A DNA stretch of 64,000 bases. Origin: Chrysomallon squamiferum (taxonomy: Eukaryota > Animalia > Mollusca). This document shows, in pieces, positions 29,322 to 41,719 of this stretch. The notes beneath the pieces are model-generated. The model was not told where the DNA came from, did no database searches, and saw only the letters and a list, made by a program, of their open reading frames with translations. How positions within the stretch are numbered: position 1 is the first letter of the stretch; each line of letters opens with the position of its first letter. The DNA lies in assembly GCA_012295275.1 (NCBI GenBank), contig CM022670.1, forward strand, positions 30,442,001-30,506,000, read 5' to 3'. The position numbers were made by a program, and so were the translations under genes.

Positions 29322-30616
29322 AAAGATGTGATACTTGTATTTCCATTTTTTAATCTAATTTAACAAAGTGTATATCACAGCATATGCATTTCTTCTTAAT
29401 ATGCAAAATAATACCTGTTATTTCCAATTACATATTTTTCAATAAGAAAATAAAAAATATATATCTGTATTTCTGTAATTCATGATTATACAGTCATTTT
29501 TCAATGTAAAATTTTAGAATATATATTACATTATATCTGCTGTTGAATTTTTATTCTGTTTTACATACGGCACACATAACATCATACACTGTTAAATAAA
29601 AATACTTTAACAAAAACCAATTATACCAAAGCATAAAATATACCATCACTCAAAAAAAAACAAAAAAACATGTGCATTATATACCTAACTATGAATAGAT
29701 GATTCAAGCAGTGAACAAAAAATGTATTATCTTTTCTATTTATTTTTGTGTAGCAAGTTATATGAAAAATGTTACTACTTTGGAGATCAGGAATTAATAC
29801 AGAAATTACTGTTTGTGCAAAAAGTGTGTGATTATTTTGGAAAGAGCTATAAAATGGCTATAAAATATAATACGATTATTGTGCTTCTGTATTTATGTCA
29901 AAACTGTATGTGGAGAGAGAATGAGATGGACAGAGACAAACAGACATTAAGTAACGTCTGAAAATAAGCAGATGAATGTAAATATAAATGCATATACTAA
30001 ATTTTCATGCTTTGTCTAAAAAAATGTACAAGTTTTCATTATTTCGGTTTTATTTTATATATATATTTTTTTTTTTTATTATTATTATTATTTTTTTTTT
30101 CTCTCTCTCTCTCTCTAGAATTTGTTCTTAATGCTGAGGTAGGTAATATAATAAAAATTTTGAACTATTATAATATTAGTCATTCAAATTAATATAATCA
30201 TAATGCTTTTTCAATTAAAAGAATAAAATATATTATTATTATATTTTATTTTATGATGATAATGATCATCATCATTATTATTATTTTAAACTTTCAATAA
30301 AAAAAACTAATAAATTTCGTATTATTTATACGAAAATAAAATAATAATGCCAATTCGATAAAAATAATAAGTAAGTAAGTAAATAAATAAATATTTTTAG
30401 TACAGTGTTATAATTTCGGCTGTATAGTGAATAGCGAAAATAAACTTGGATATATTTATCTCGGATATCAACGTTAACGAGTTACCACTTCCTGGACAGA
30501 GCGAGAGCGTGTTCTGATGTCATAGACAACAAACCTGCCAACGCTTGTTGACAGGTGCGCAGTTTATTTGTATATACTGTCATTCGTGGACAAATTATAA
30601 ACTACAATATTCTTAC

Positions 30617-30750
30617 CGAAAATTCTTCTCTTCTGGTTTTGTTATCTCTCACATTTTGAAATAACAATCATTATTTCATAACAATCATTGACAGCGAAAT
30701 TATGAAGTTTGCAAGTCAGTGCTGTATAATCTCCCGTTACTACATTGCAG
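30617..30750 (-). promoter_or_regulatory. Candidate proximal promoter / non-coding alternative first exon of GLIS
   Basis: Consensus donor TCG|GTAAGA at 30616, near the boundary between CpG-rich DNA and the CpG-poor gene body. All ATGs in it hit stops. The 5' limit is approximate. Confidence 0.4.
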
Positions 30751-32461
30751 AAGTGTTGTCCGCTAGATGGGGCTATTAGTTCACACAGCTATGGTCTATA
30801 TCAAAATATTGGTTCTTATCATCTGAGCGATCTAATTAACCAGGGATAATTATTATAACTGCACTGTCTTTTCTGTGGATGTTAGTTTTATATCTTGAAA
30901 CTGATTTCAGTATCAAAATTGTGTCACCTAAGATATTTTAGCTTTCATCATAATAATAAGCATGTCATAAGGCTCAAATGAGCCGACAAAATAAACTATG
31001 GCTTAAATTAACTATTGTCTTTATTGCAATTTTGTATATTAATTATTATTGTTGTTGTTGTTTACTTTATTTTATTATTTATTTTTTTATTATTATTTAA
31101 TTTTAATTTTAATTTCCGACAAAACCAGAAGAAAAGTAGATAAAAAAAGTGATCATGCCATGACGTGAAACAAAGAAACAAAATGGCAGCGTTCATGAAT
31201 TTGCAAAATGGCAGTTATTGAACTATTTAATTATGGCCGCTAGATATAAATGCCACGGAAATGCAGTCAGTGTATTTAACCCATATTATTATTATTATTA
31301 TTATATATATATTTTTTTTTTTTTTTTTCAGCACCAGACATACGTTACGATCTTGCGGAAATGTACTATCAGATTTCGGAATTGTTAATAATTTTTAAAT
31401 GAAGCATTAACTTTAAACTCAAATCCATTTATATTTCAGTTGCAGCTTATAAATAATGAACATTGTGTTATCTTTTGCGTTTGAAACAAAATTTGTGCAC
31501 AATAATGAGTAAGAATTTTGGACATCCCGTTTCGGAATTTCTAATAATAGATGTTGAACCTACATTAATCATTAGCCATCTCCCGGGATGATCGTGTTAG
31601 CACTGATGATATAATTATTAAAAATGTCTAAGTAAGTAGTAAGTATGCACTTAAACATATATTTACAAGCATTAGACTGTTATAAAATAAATTTAGAAAG
31701 AAAAATTTAAAATTTCTATGGTTTCATAAAGCAAATGATTTTAAAAATAGAATATTCGGTGCAAGAACAAATAAATCAGTTACACAAAACTGATGTAATT
31801 AAATAATCCAGTATCAATAATCACGAATGCAAATGTCTTCAGAATCAATTATAACATGATGTGTGTGTATGTGTTGTATCTGTGTGTGTGTGTATCAGTG
31901 TGTGCGTGCGTGCGTGTGTGTGGCAGAGTGAGAGAGAAATTGAAAGCGTTCACAGATGTAAAAGACATATCTGAACATTTTATAATAATAATAATAATAA
32001 TAATTAAATAACGTTTTTAATCTAAATAACTATTCCTTTTGAAAATATTTTTTACAAACTATTATTGGATGAACAATAATATATTATTAGGTGATTTGTT
32101 TTTTTAATAAACTCAAGTTTAGTTTTCTGGTCATTTTCTTTCGTTTTCTAAAACACTTTGACTTAACTTATCTGCCAATTTAGTATCCTGCTGAAACTGA
32201 ATATACTTCAGATGCATTTGAACAATAAACAGCTTTTATTTTTATTTTTTTTATTGCTACCGTAAACCACTGCATATCACTTTATAGGTATTCTTTGACC
32301 GGTAGATAAGAATTACTTTTATTTATTCATGTCAGACCACCAAATCCTGATATAGAAGGTATAAGTTATTTAGATATTAAACTTAAAATGATAAATCATA
32401 TACATGTTTACAACAATAACAACAACAGAGTAGTATCTTCAGCAGATAAACAGATGGACAG

Positions 32462-32515
<54 letters not shown>

Positions 32516-32742
32516 TATATAGATAGATAGATAGATAGATAGATAGCTATTATGACATTCATAGAGAACGCAGCACTTACTCGAGTGTCATTAAATCAGT
32601 GAAAATGTCAAGTGAAATTCTATTCATTCACTGTATTATGAAAAGACACTATTCTGCGAAGAAATATAAAGTTGGTAACATCCTTTAATTTAATTAACCT
32701 GCACTTAATGTGCATTGTATAAGAATATCTGGGACAAATTGC

Positions 32743-33330
32743 CAGTATCGGGTATGGCTAAAAGGTATCCAGTATGACAATACAGCTGCGTCTCATGGAG
32801 CAGATGACCTATCTGACGAAGATCTTGGCTATCTGATATCATATGCGAACCAATTTTTTCTCCAGCTGCTGAAGACTGCATATATGAGCATTCGGAGTAA
32901 TCGTTCTTCAGGATAAAGGTCGGATGACAGAGGTGGTCTTGGAAGAACACTCATGTGTTGTTAGTTCAATCAGGCCATGATGAATTTAGCATTGACGGCC
33001 TGGTTTTATCATATTGTTCTGTCTGTAAACCAAGGTTTGTCTCCATGTAGAGCATGGCATGGTTTTGGAAGATCTCATATCTTTATGTTTCGATGTTACA
33101 GGGTCCTTGGAATATATGAAGGGTGGTCTTACCTTGCATACTATTCCCTTCACATAACATCTCACTACCACCTCCATAGAGTATCGTTCACCATATCTCT
33201 GCTATACACTCCCACGCCAATCGGCATACCTGAGATTAAATTGGATTTGCATATAAAAAGGATCTGTCATCAGTGGAGCTGTATTAATCTAAGATGCTTT
33301 TGAGCCCACGAAAACCGTTGTTACCGATGT
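32743..33330 (-). mobile_element. Decayed Tc1 (DD34E-type) transposase remnant
   Basis: Broken frames read RFSWAQKHL, YGGGS, QYDKTRP, VLPRPPLSSDLYPEE, LQQLEKKLVRI, SMRRSC and HTRY, in Tc1 motif order, with many stops and frameshifts. Confidence 0.8.
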
Positions 33331-33757
33331 CTAAATTATCCCTGTCAATCCCTATCGCAGCATCATGATCATCGTTGCATTAACTCATAAAATCTAGTAA
33401 TTCAATTTGACTCTGTAATACATTCCAAAATACATTCACATCCAGACATTTAAAAAGCACATTCCTTTTTTTCTTTTCTTTTCTTTTTCTTTTTTCTTTT
33501 TCTGAAAGCAAATTCTAAGAAATTATCTAGTTTTAATTGTACTTGTCACTTATAGAGGCATTTTTTTTTATAAATAATATTATGTAATTTACAAGATATC
33601 ACTTCATCAGAAAATAATTTGACTTCATTTGACACAAATTATTATTAATCCTTTTATTTATTTGTTTATTTGTTTGTTTGTTTACGATTGTGATTTTTGT
33701 TGTTGTTCCTTTTATTTTTCTTATATTCATTCATTTATTCATTACTGCTACTACAAA

Positions 33758-33799
<42 letters not shown>

Positions 33800-34174
33800 A
33801 AAGAAAATTTAAACAAATATATATATTAGAATTTTTACTTGCATTTTGTATGCGCGCGAATTCATGTATGTAATTGAATATAATTCCAAAGGTTGGGAGA
33901 ACCAAAATGTATAATACAAAAGTATTATGAAATAGACTATAACGACGTCCACCGCCCATACAGTATATTGAAGAGCATTTCTCCCTGATAATTGGTTCTA
34001 TATACACCAAATTATTTCGGATAATAATATTTACAGAAGTAGTGCAAATACGTATTAAATAATGACTGTAACATCCCGCCGCTGTCTTCGTCGTCATCGC
34101 TGTTGTTAGTTAAGAATATCGTCCGAACGAAAGGAATTTTGAACGTACGTACGTACTAATGTATATTTATGGGG

Positions 34175-34473
34175 TAGGGTTCGAAAACCGGTATTTAAAT
34201 ACCGGTAAATACCGGTTTTAATAATTGTTGGGTAATACCGTTACCGAAGCACCAATACCGGTTTTCTAAATTTTAACGAGTTATGTTGAGAGATACCTTA
34301 GTTGTTAACATTAGATTATGTTAGTTAATAAAATGAGTAAGTGTAAGAAAAAACAGTGTCCATAAAAACTATGTAAGTATCTTTTCCTATGCACAAACAA
34401 AAACCGGTGAAATCCAGTGAAAACTGGTATTGAGAATATCTGTCGGTAATTTACCGGTAATTTGCAAACCCTA
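34175..34473. mobile_element. hAT-like MITE, 299 bp
   Basis: Termini TAGGGTT...AACCCTA. 8-bp TSD TTATGGGG/GTATGGGG (7 of 8 match). Multiple ACCGGT subterminal repeats. Confidence 0.75.
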
Positions 34474-34494
34474 GTATGGGGCCTATATGGTAGG

Positions 34495-35332
34495 TAGGGG
34501 AAGTGTACGTATATTGAACCTGTACCTATATTGAACCTCTGTCATTTTTCAGCCTCTGATTGTTTGAAAGGTGTTATGCCACATGTGTGATAGCTCGGTC
34601 TACACTGTCGAAAGATTGTGGTATTTGGCCCTGCAACCCAAATGTGCAGCCTGATGCTGATTATGCAGCTGCAGCCAGATTTGAAGTTGAAATTTCTGAT
34701 ACAGGGTCCGAACAACATAACTCCTCGTCAGAGAGACATAATCGTGGTGACAGCAACAACACAACCTCATCTGACAATCATTTCGAATCTGAACAGAACT
34801 GTGCTCTGCCCGAATCCATAAATGAACATTCCGAACCTGAAGATATAGACTACGCTACGAGTCGTCGTCGCAGAGAGAAGAGCACCGTACGCCACAAGGA
34901 CCCAACATTAGCACAATTAATGTCCCTCTTACCTCTTGAAACTAATACCAACAAATCCGGATGGTCGATACATAAACAGCAAGACATCATAACTTCAAAA
35001 TACTGCTAGAGAGAAGATGGAAATTCAGTTGACTTCAGAGTTAACACAGTCAGATATGCTGCGATCAAAAATGTCGATCAACTTATATGCGGATCTGACA
35101 CAATGAATATGCTATTCTGAACTGATGTTTATTCCTTCCTTTCTTTTTATTTGTCTAATTCTATGGTGCATCAGTCTCAGTTAGATAAAAGAAAGATAAT
35201 GTATTTGAAATGGAATTTACAAAGGATACTCGGAATTCCCTATATTGAACCACTTTGTCCTTATATTGAAAGCTTGACGAAACATAAGATAACAATAGAC
35301 CAGAAGTGTTCAATATACGTACACTTCCCCTG
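34495..35332 (+). mobile_element. Non-autonomous pogo-like element, copy 1 (contains ORF 34560-35009)
   Basis: Perfect 23-bp TIR GGGGAAGTGTACGTATATTGAAC. Subterminal TATATTGAA repeats. CGIWPCNPNV resembles the post-DDE GIxPFNP motif of pogo transposases. Confidence 0.82.
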
Positions 35333-37898
35333 TATAGTGATATGTATGTGTATATATGTATGTATACATATGCTGAAATCGAGGAAAGCTAATACTGATA
35401 CTTGATGTCAGCAGAAAATTGTTAGACAACTTTGCAACGGTATCAAGGAACAAACGATTTTTGAAGTTTTTCACTTCATCAAGATCCCGAAACACTACAA
35501 ATAGAAAGGCGTTATCAAAAAGGCTCCACATCAGCCATAAAGTATCATCAAACTATGTATCATAATGCAAGGTGAACAGTAGTCTGGCTAGATACGCAAA
35601 ACAGCAATGCCAAACCCCACCAGATCTGTGACGAATCTTTTGAAAAAGATGTTTGAACGAGTTCAGGATCACCAAATCCTTCTGCAAGACGTTGAGATCT
35701 GGGGCAGATCCTTCTGCATAAATGACAGACTACTTCTTTCTCAACGTTTATTCATACTGAGGCAGAACATAAGATAACAATAGACAGGATGTCTTAGACT
35801 TCAAACATTATTAACAAATGCGTGTATGTACAAAAGGCATGTTTAACCACCCCATATTAAATTCTGATAGTATATCAAATGACTCATTTAGAATTTTTTT
35901 AAGTAAATGTGAAACAATAAATAAAAATTTGGATGGATGTAAAATCATTTATTAAATTTATTCTGAAGTTGTTTTGGTCATTACATTTTGAACCTTAAAT
36001 TATTTTGAGTACCTTAATTGACTTTTATGGTTTCACTAAAATTAAACAGCAGTAGTACTTGAGTGGCCTTTTTTGAAATGAAAAGTATAAAGGAAGAAAG
36101 GTATGAATACAAATCATGAGTCTTAACTTTAATCATTTCATTAATGATCACTATAGTAATCATCATCATCACTGAAAACCACCGCATTAACAACAACCAT
36201 GACAACAAAACCATCAATTAATTTCAATTATTTATTATTTTATTTTTAAAATTCTTTTTGATTATTGATTTGTTCGTCCTCTGCAATGCATTCTTTAATA
36301 AAATGGTTATACCGATGACGTCAATATCGACACACATGTAACTTAAAATGTTACTTAATCAAAAATAATCCATAAAAGAATTTGATTCCCAATTTTGGCA
36401 TTACGGGTTTATTCTGGGCAAGTATTGTTGCTATTTTAGATACACAGGCATTGATCTTTTCTATATTTATCCACTATGTATAATTGGACTGTAAACAAAA
36501 TAATTTTTAATGATGTTTGAGAAACAAGATGTAAAAAAAAAAAAAAAAAAATTATTATTATTATAATAAATAAAAAAAGATTAAAAAAAGGAGAATAAAA
36601 CGATGTAAAGAAGAAAATATTAAAAATGCTAGAATAAATAAGAAATGAATGACAGAAATAACGAATTAAAAAATGAATGAAAACGAGATCGATATGAATA
36701 AAAAGTTCGATTACCAAACACTGAAGAAAAGCATTAACACATCAATGGTCATTAGCCTTAATGCACTATGACGAAACATAAACACTTCCGACGTTTTATA
36801 CTATTTATGAAATGAAAGTTGAATGCCATTGGCGGCATACGTTAAAATGGCCGACACTTTTTAAATGATATACTAAAAATTTTATAATAATAATAATAAT
36901 AAATAAATAAATGAAAATAAAAATCCGCTTCCGGTTTTTGCCATTACATATGTTATTAAAGAGGAAGCCGTGTGTTTGTGTGAGATATAAACTCGTGGTG
37001 TTCATTCAAAATGGCTGGTTTTGTAAATATTTAATAAAGGTATTCACCCTGAGAGATCCTGAAGGTTATAATAATCAAAAATGGCACGAGACAATATGAA
37101 ATGTAATTATTCTAAAAGATAGTCAATAAAAATGACAGGAATACAATTATTAAAAGATTTTAAAAATGATAATAAAAATAACATATGGCACTATGAGAAG
37201 GCATAAATGTAATATTATTCAGAATGACAGCCTGCATAAAAAATAAATAAAGATTATAGGCTGGATAAAAGGTATTCGAAATATATAACATGTTATTTAA
37301 AATATAAATAAATAAATAAATAAATAAAATTTAAAAACAGCTATAATAATTCCTAACGATTTTTCTAAATGGCAGTCTGTGCAAAAAAGGTAGTATATCC
37401 ATGTGTAATTTCTGCATGTGAAAAATACATAATTAACTTCTTCAACGGCCGTAGCATTATCAAATCTAAAACGTATTCCCTTTGTGCCTGATTAGTTCAT
37501 CTTAAATGCTTCAGATTTTATCCAACTAAGGTTAAGGCATATCTGACCGCTCACGCAAAGTTGCAGCTTTGGCAACCTTCCTGGGATAGTTACAGTATAT
37601 ATATACTGGAAATAAAAACAGCTACTGTTACAAACGCTGCTGTGGGACTTCATGCTTCTGCAACCGAATTTTCATACACAGGATAACACGAACAACGAGA
37701 TTAATCACGATCTCTGTAAACATATAATTATTTAATTATTTATTATTATGATTCCAAGGAGGGGTAGACAACTCGAATAAAATACAGGTTTTAGGCCATA
37801 GAACTGTAAACATATTTTAGACCATAAAACAATAATATGCGTTAATTGTATAAATTTTCCATGTTCTCTCTTTCTTTTTCTTCTTCTTCTTCTTTTTT

Positions 37899-37901
<3 letters not shown>

Positions 37902-37961
<60 letters not shown>
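37902..37961. repeat. (TC)n microsatellite
   Basis: Direct reading. Confidence 0.95.
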
Positions 37962-37965
<4 letters not shown>

Positions 37966-39879
37966 TGCTATTATTATTACGGAATATGACTTCATTTTGG
38001 TAACAACTCGATGACATGCATGAATGTGATTATTGTTTTCTTCTCTGATAACTTAAAAATTAATTATAAATTTAATACAAAAAAAATAAACAACAAAGAA
38101 ACAAAGCAACAAAAGCAACAATAAAAAAAAAAAAAAATAAATAAAATAAAATAAAAAAGTCTTTTTTCCCTTTTCTTTTTTATATTATTGTTATATAATT
38201 CGTGCAACAACACAAATCGAGATACAAATCAAATTATCATCTGCCTATTTTATGAAGAATAGAAAAAGTTAAATTGAGCATAATTATACCTTTAAAAATA
38301 CATATTCTAGTCAAATGCAGCAACATGTGAATAATAATTTGGCACGTGCTATCTGCGAAATATCTCAAATAACCGCAGCGTGGGATATAAAACTGATATC
38401 AAACGATCACACCCATTCAAAATTGAAGTAATCTGATTTGGAACTTTGACAGCTCGAAGCAAAATAACAAAGAAGGTTATAAAAAACTATAAAAAATAAA
38501 TTTAAAAAAAACTGACACAACACAAGAACAATAAACCCTTCTATACTAACAATGCAGTACAATTGTACTGCACGTGTTTTGCATTCAGGATTTCAAGTGG
38601 AAAAGCTTTACCAGGGGAGAGATGGAGAGAAAGAAAGAGAGATGGTTTAATGAAATTTAAGCTGGAAGGATCATTTAAATTAACATAACAAAAACCACCA
38701 CTACTATTACTACTATTATTACTACTGTTACTACTACTGCTACTATTTCTACCAAAAAACAAAACAAACAAAAAACAAGTTCATATGAAAGAAAAAAGCT
38801 GAATGCTGCCATTCTAAGTCAGTTACTAATGAACAGAAATTAAAGCTCCAATCAAATCTATCAGTGCGTTCTTCGAATTAAACGATTTCTGAAAATGCAA
38901 ATAAAGACATTCAGGATATATATACTGGTCTTTATAAAAGATCCAAACAACAAATACTGTTTATTAAATGTGCAGGATTCCAGATGGTAGATTGTTGACG
39001 TTGGAATGAAAGATTCAATCCAGTTATACACCATCATATTTTTATATTAAGTATTCGCTTATACAAATAAATATAGTTTTTTTACTGACTTTAATTACTG
39101 CTTAAATTTCTTTTTATTTTCCAAATACACAAATACATTAAACTGGGCATCAGATTAAAAAAATACTAAAAATGATTATGATACCTTCTTCAAAAGAAAT
39201 ATATTACATACATTCAAAAAGAAAAAAAAAAAAGAAAAAAAAAGGTTAAATGCAACAGCAATTAAAAAAAAAAAAAAAAATAAGAATAAAATAACGCGCT
39301 TATAATTTTGAAATAAATATTAAAACAATTTTAACTATCTGCTACAGACAAAATTTATAAAAATAGTTAATCAAATTATCATAGTTGTGCTTTGAAACGA
39401 CCCGGATTTGTAAAACAGATCGATGGATCTCGAAATATTTAAAATGTTTGTGACTAATCAATAATACAAACCACTACCAACGCCAATGCTCACTGCCCCT
39501 AAAAAATGTAACTAAACACAAACACTAACACAAGGGCTAACTTCAGAGGAATACTTAACCTGCCAATTTGACTTAGGGGTTGTAGGTCTTGCTCATACTA
39601 ATAAGAGGCCACTGGAAGTCGCGTCTGTTGTAATTTAAAACCAGGCAGGTGTTGTCCGTCTTGTTAAGTCATGTTCTGATCGGTATTAATTTGTACAGCA
39701 CCTAGTTTGTTGCTAACAAAAGATATTTACGGATTTTCTTCCTTCAACATTAACAATTATAGACTTAACACGTTTTTCCTGTATGATTTCGAATTTCACA
39801 CAATCATCAAATCGAATATTTCTGTAAAGCGTTGAAATATAGTGTTTTTTAGTTATGCAATAAAAATAATATGACTGTC

Positions 39880-39900
39880 ATAATAATAATAATAATAATA

Positions 39901-39967
<67 letters not shown>
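39880..39967. repeat. (TAA)n(TA)n(GA)n compound microsatellite
   Basis: Direct reading. Confidence 0.95.
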
Positions 39968-39972
<5 letters not shown>

Positions 39973-40125
39973 TATGAAGTATTGTACAATAAAACAGTTA
40001 ATGAAAATAAATATTTTGTAGCGCGATTATATGGATGTATGTATTTTTGTATGTATGTATGTATATATGTATTTGTCTCTATCTTTGTATCGATCTATCT
40101 TTCAGGCTATCTATCTATCTATCTA

Positions 40126-40158
<33 letters not shown>

Positions 40159-40602
40159 TTATCTATCTATATGTATATTTCTGCCTCGATAGATTAATAT
40201 TCATTCAGTTAATACTGTTAACTATGCCGCCTTACAAATATTAAGCTTATCCTGGTAGACGTGCATACATAATGCTTCAGAAATATATACGATTTAGATA
40301 GTAGTACTGAAAGTCTTTTATAATTAAACTGAAAACGAAGAAAAAAGTTTAAGAACAATGAAGACCATGATGGTTATAACTGAAAAATTCAGTCATCGAA
40401 TAAAATCCTTTGTTGCAGCTCTTCTTCTTATAAACTCATATTAACAGTACAAGTTATTTCTGGGTTAATGATGTCCTTCCGCCAACACTGACTTAACATT
40501 TTAATTAAATTGATTCTGCATCTTTCGAAAATTCGGAATAAAAAAGAATAAATCACAAAATTATTAAAATAGAATCATATCAGATTGGTAAATAGAAGTA
40601 AC

Positions 40603-40663
<61 letters not shown>
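40603..40663. repeat. (TAA)n microsatellite
   Basis: Direct reading. Confidence 0.95.
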
Positions 40664-40664
<1 letters not shown>

Positions 40665-41304
40665 GAATAGTATAAATCAAAACTGTGTTGCTGTTGATGG
40701 GGATTTTTTCTTCAATTTCAATTATTATTTTTTTTTTTTTTTAACTTTTGTTGTCATTTGTTATTTTATTTCCTCTATTACTTTACTTATTATTTTTTTT
40801 TGTCTGTTGTTCTTTCAGATATATATTACTGTTATTTGTACTGAAAGAATGACACGGTTCTGTGCAGAACTATTTAAGAAATGAATACGAAGATAATAAA
40901 CTTTTATTCATGTGTAGTTGTGTTTGAAATTTAATCGTAACGTTAGTATTTGAATACTGGGAATGTTAAATAAAACCAAATCCTATGTTATTTGTTTACT
41001 TACAGATACTCGTAAGTGCCATAGAAAAACATTAAGTCTAAGCATTCCTATATTTACGACAGATACAGTTTCTTATAATTTTCATCAAGCAGTATAAAAG
41101 CAATAAAATTAATTCCCCGAGGAGATATAATTAACAAAAATAATTATTTAAAAATTTAGAGGTTTTTTTTAATAACATGTTTGTTTATTTTATATTTTTT
41201 ATTTACTTATTCGAAAAACAGAACAAAATAATAAACCTTCATTATGATACAACTGTAATTTTATTTTATTTATTTATTTATTTATTTATTATTATTATTA
41301 TTAA

Positions 41305-41344
<40 letters not shown>

Positions 41345-41648
41345 TCTTTCTCCAGATTTCGTGTTTATTTATTATTAATTATTCTGTATTTGTTAGTTGC
41401 ACCAGATAAATACTTATAACCACGTGTGGATGTATGGCTTTCAATAACACAATTCACAGAAATATATAATTATGTTTTATAGATATGGACTTATTTGTTT
41501 CCCCTTTTAGCAGGTAAAATATTGAAAAAAGAAACAAATCAAAAAGAAAGAAGGAGTGAACTAAGAAAAAAAAAAAATATAAAATATTTAAATTTAAGAG
41601 AAACTAAAGATTTTGAGGTCTAAATCTTCTGTTCGAATAAACACTCAC

Positions 41649-41719
41649 ATATTTTGTCCAGCATTTTGAATTTCTTCAGCAATTGTGTCCAGTCTAAAGA
41701 TTCTTCTCAGATCCGACAT
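41649..41719 (-). CDS. GLIS3: Probable distal first coding exon of GLIS (MSDLRRIFRLDTIAEEIQNAGQN+AT)
   Basis: Strong start context TCCGCC-ATG and consensus donor AT|GTGAGT. Phase 2 joins in frame (AT+G=Met) to the acceptor at 20547. Lies in a CpG-rich region. Confidence 0.6.

Larger units (their letters stand above)
5916..41719 (-). other. GLIS3: GLIS1/3-like zinc-finger transcription factor gene span (3' end incomplete in window)
   Basis: Exons assembled by hand with GT-AG sites and consistent phases. Five GLI-type C2H2 fingers plus KRALSISP, IIRISPTSLV, SFCHLS and PPPY motifs typical of GLIS3. The 5' limit depends on the inferred distal exon. Confidence 0.85.

Noticed and set aside
33735-34097. 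120-codon minus-strand ORF in a CpG-rich patch as another GLIS first exon
   Set aside because: No recognisable homology, it ends in an (AAT)n tract, and the only plausible donor is phase 0, incompatible with the phase-2 acceptor at 20547.
34560-35009. 149-aa ORF (and the 56522-56806 copy) as a host gene
   Set aside because: Both lie inside TIR-bounded copies of the same non-autonomous transposon.
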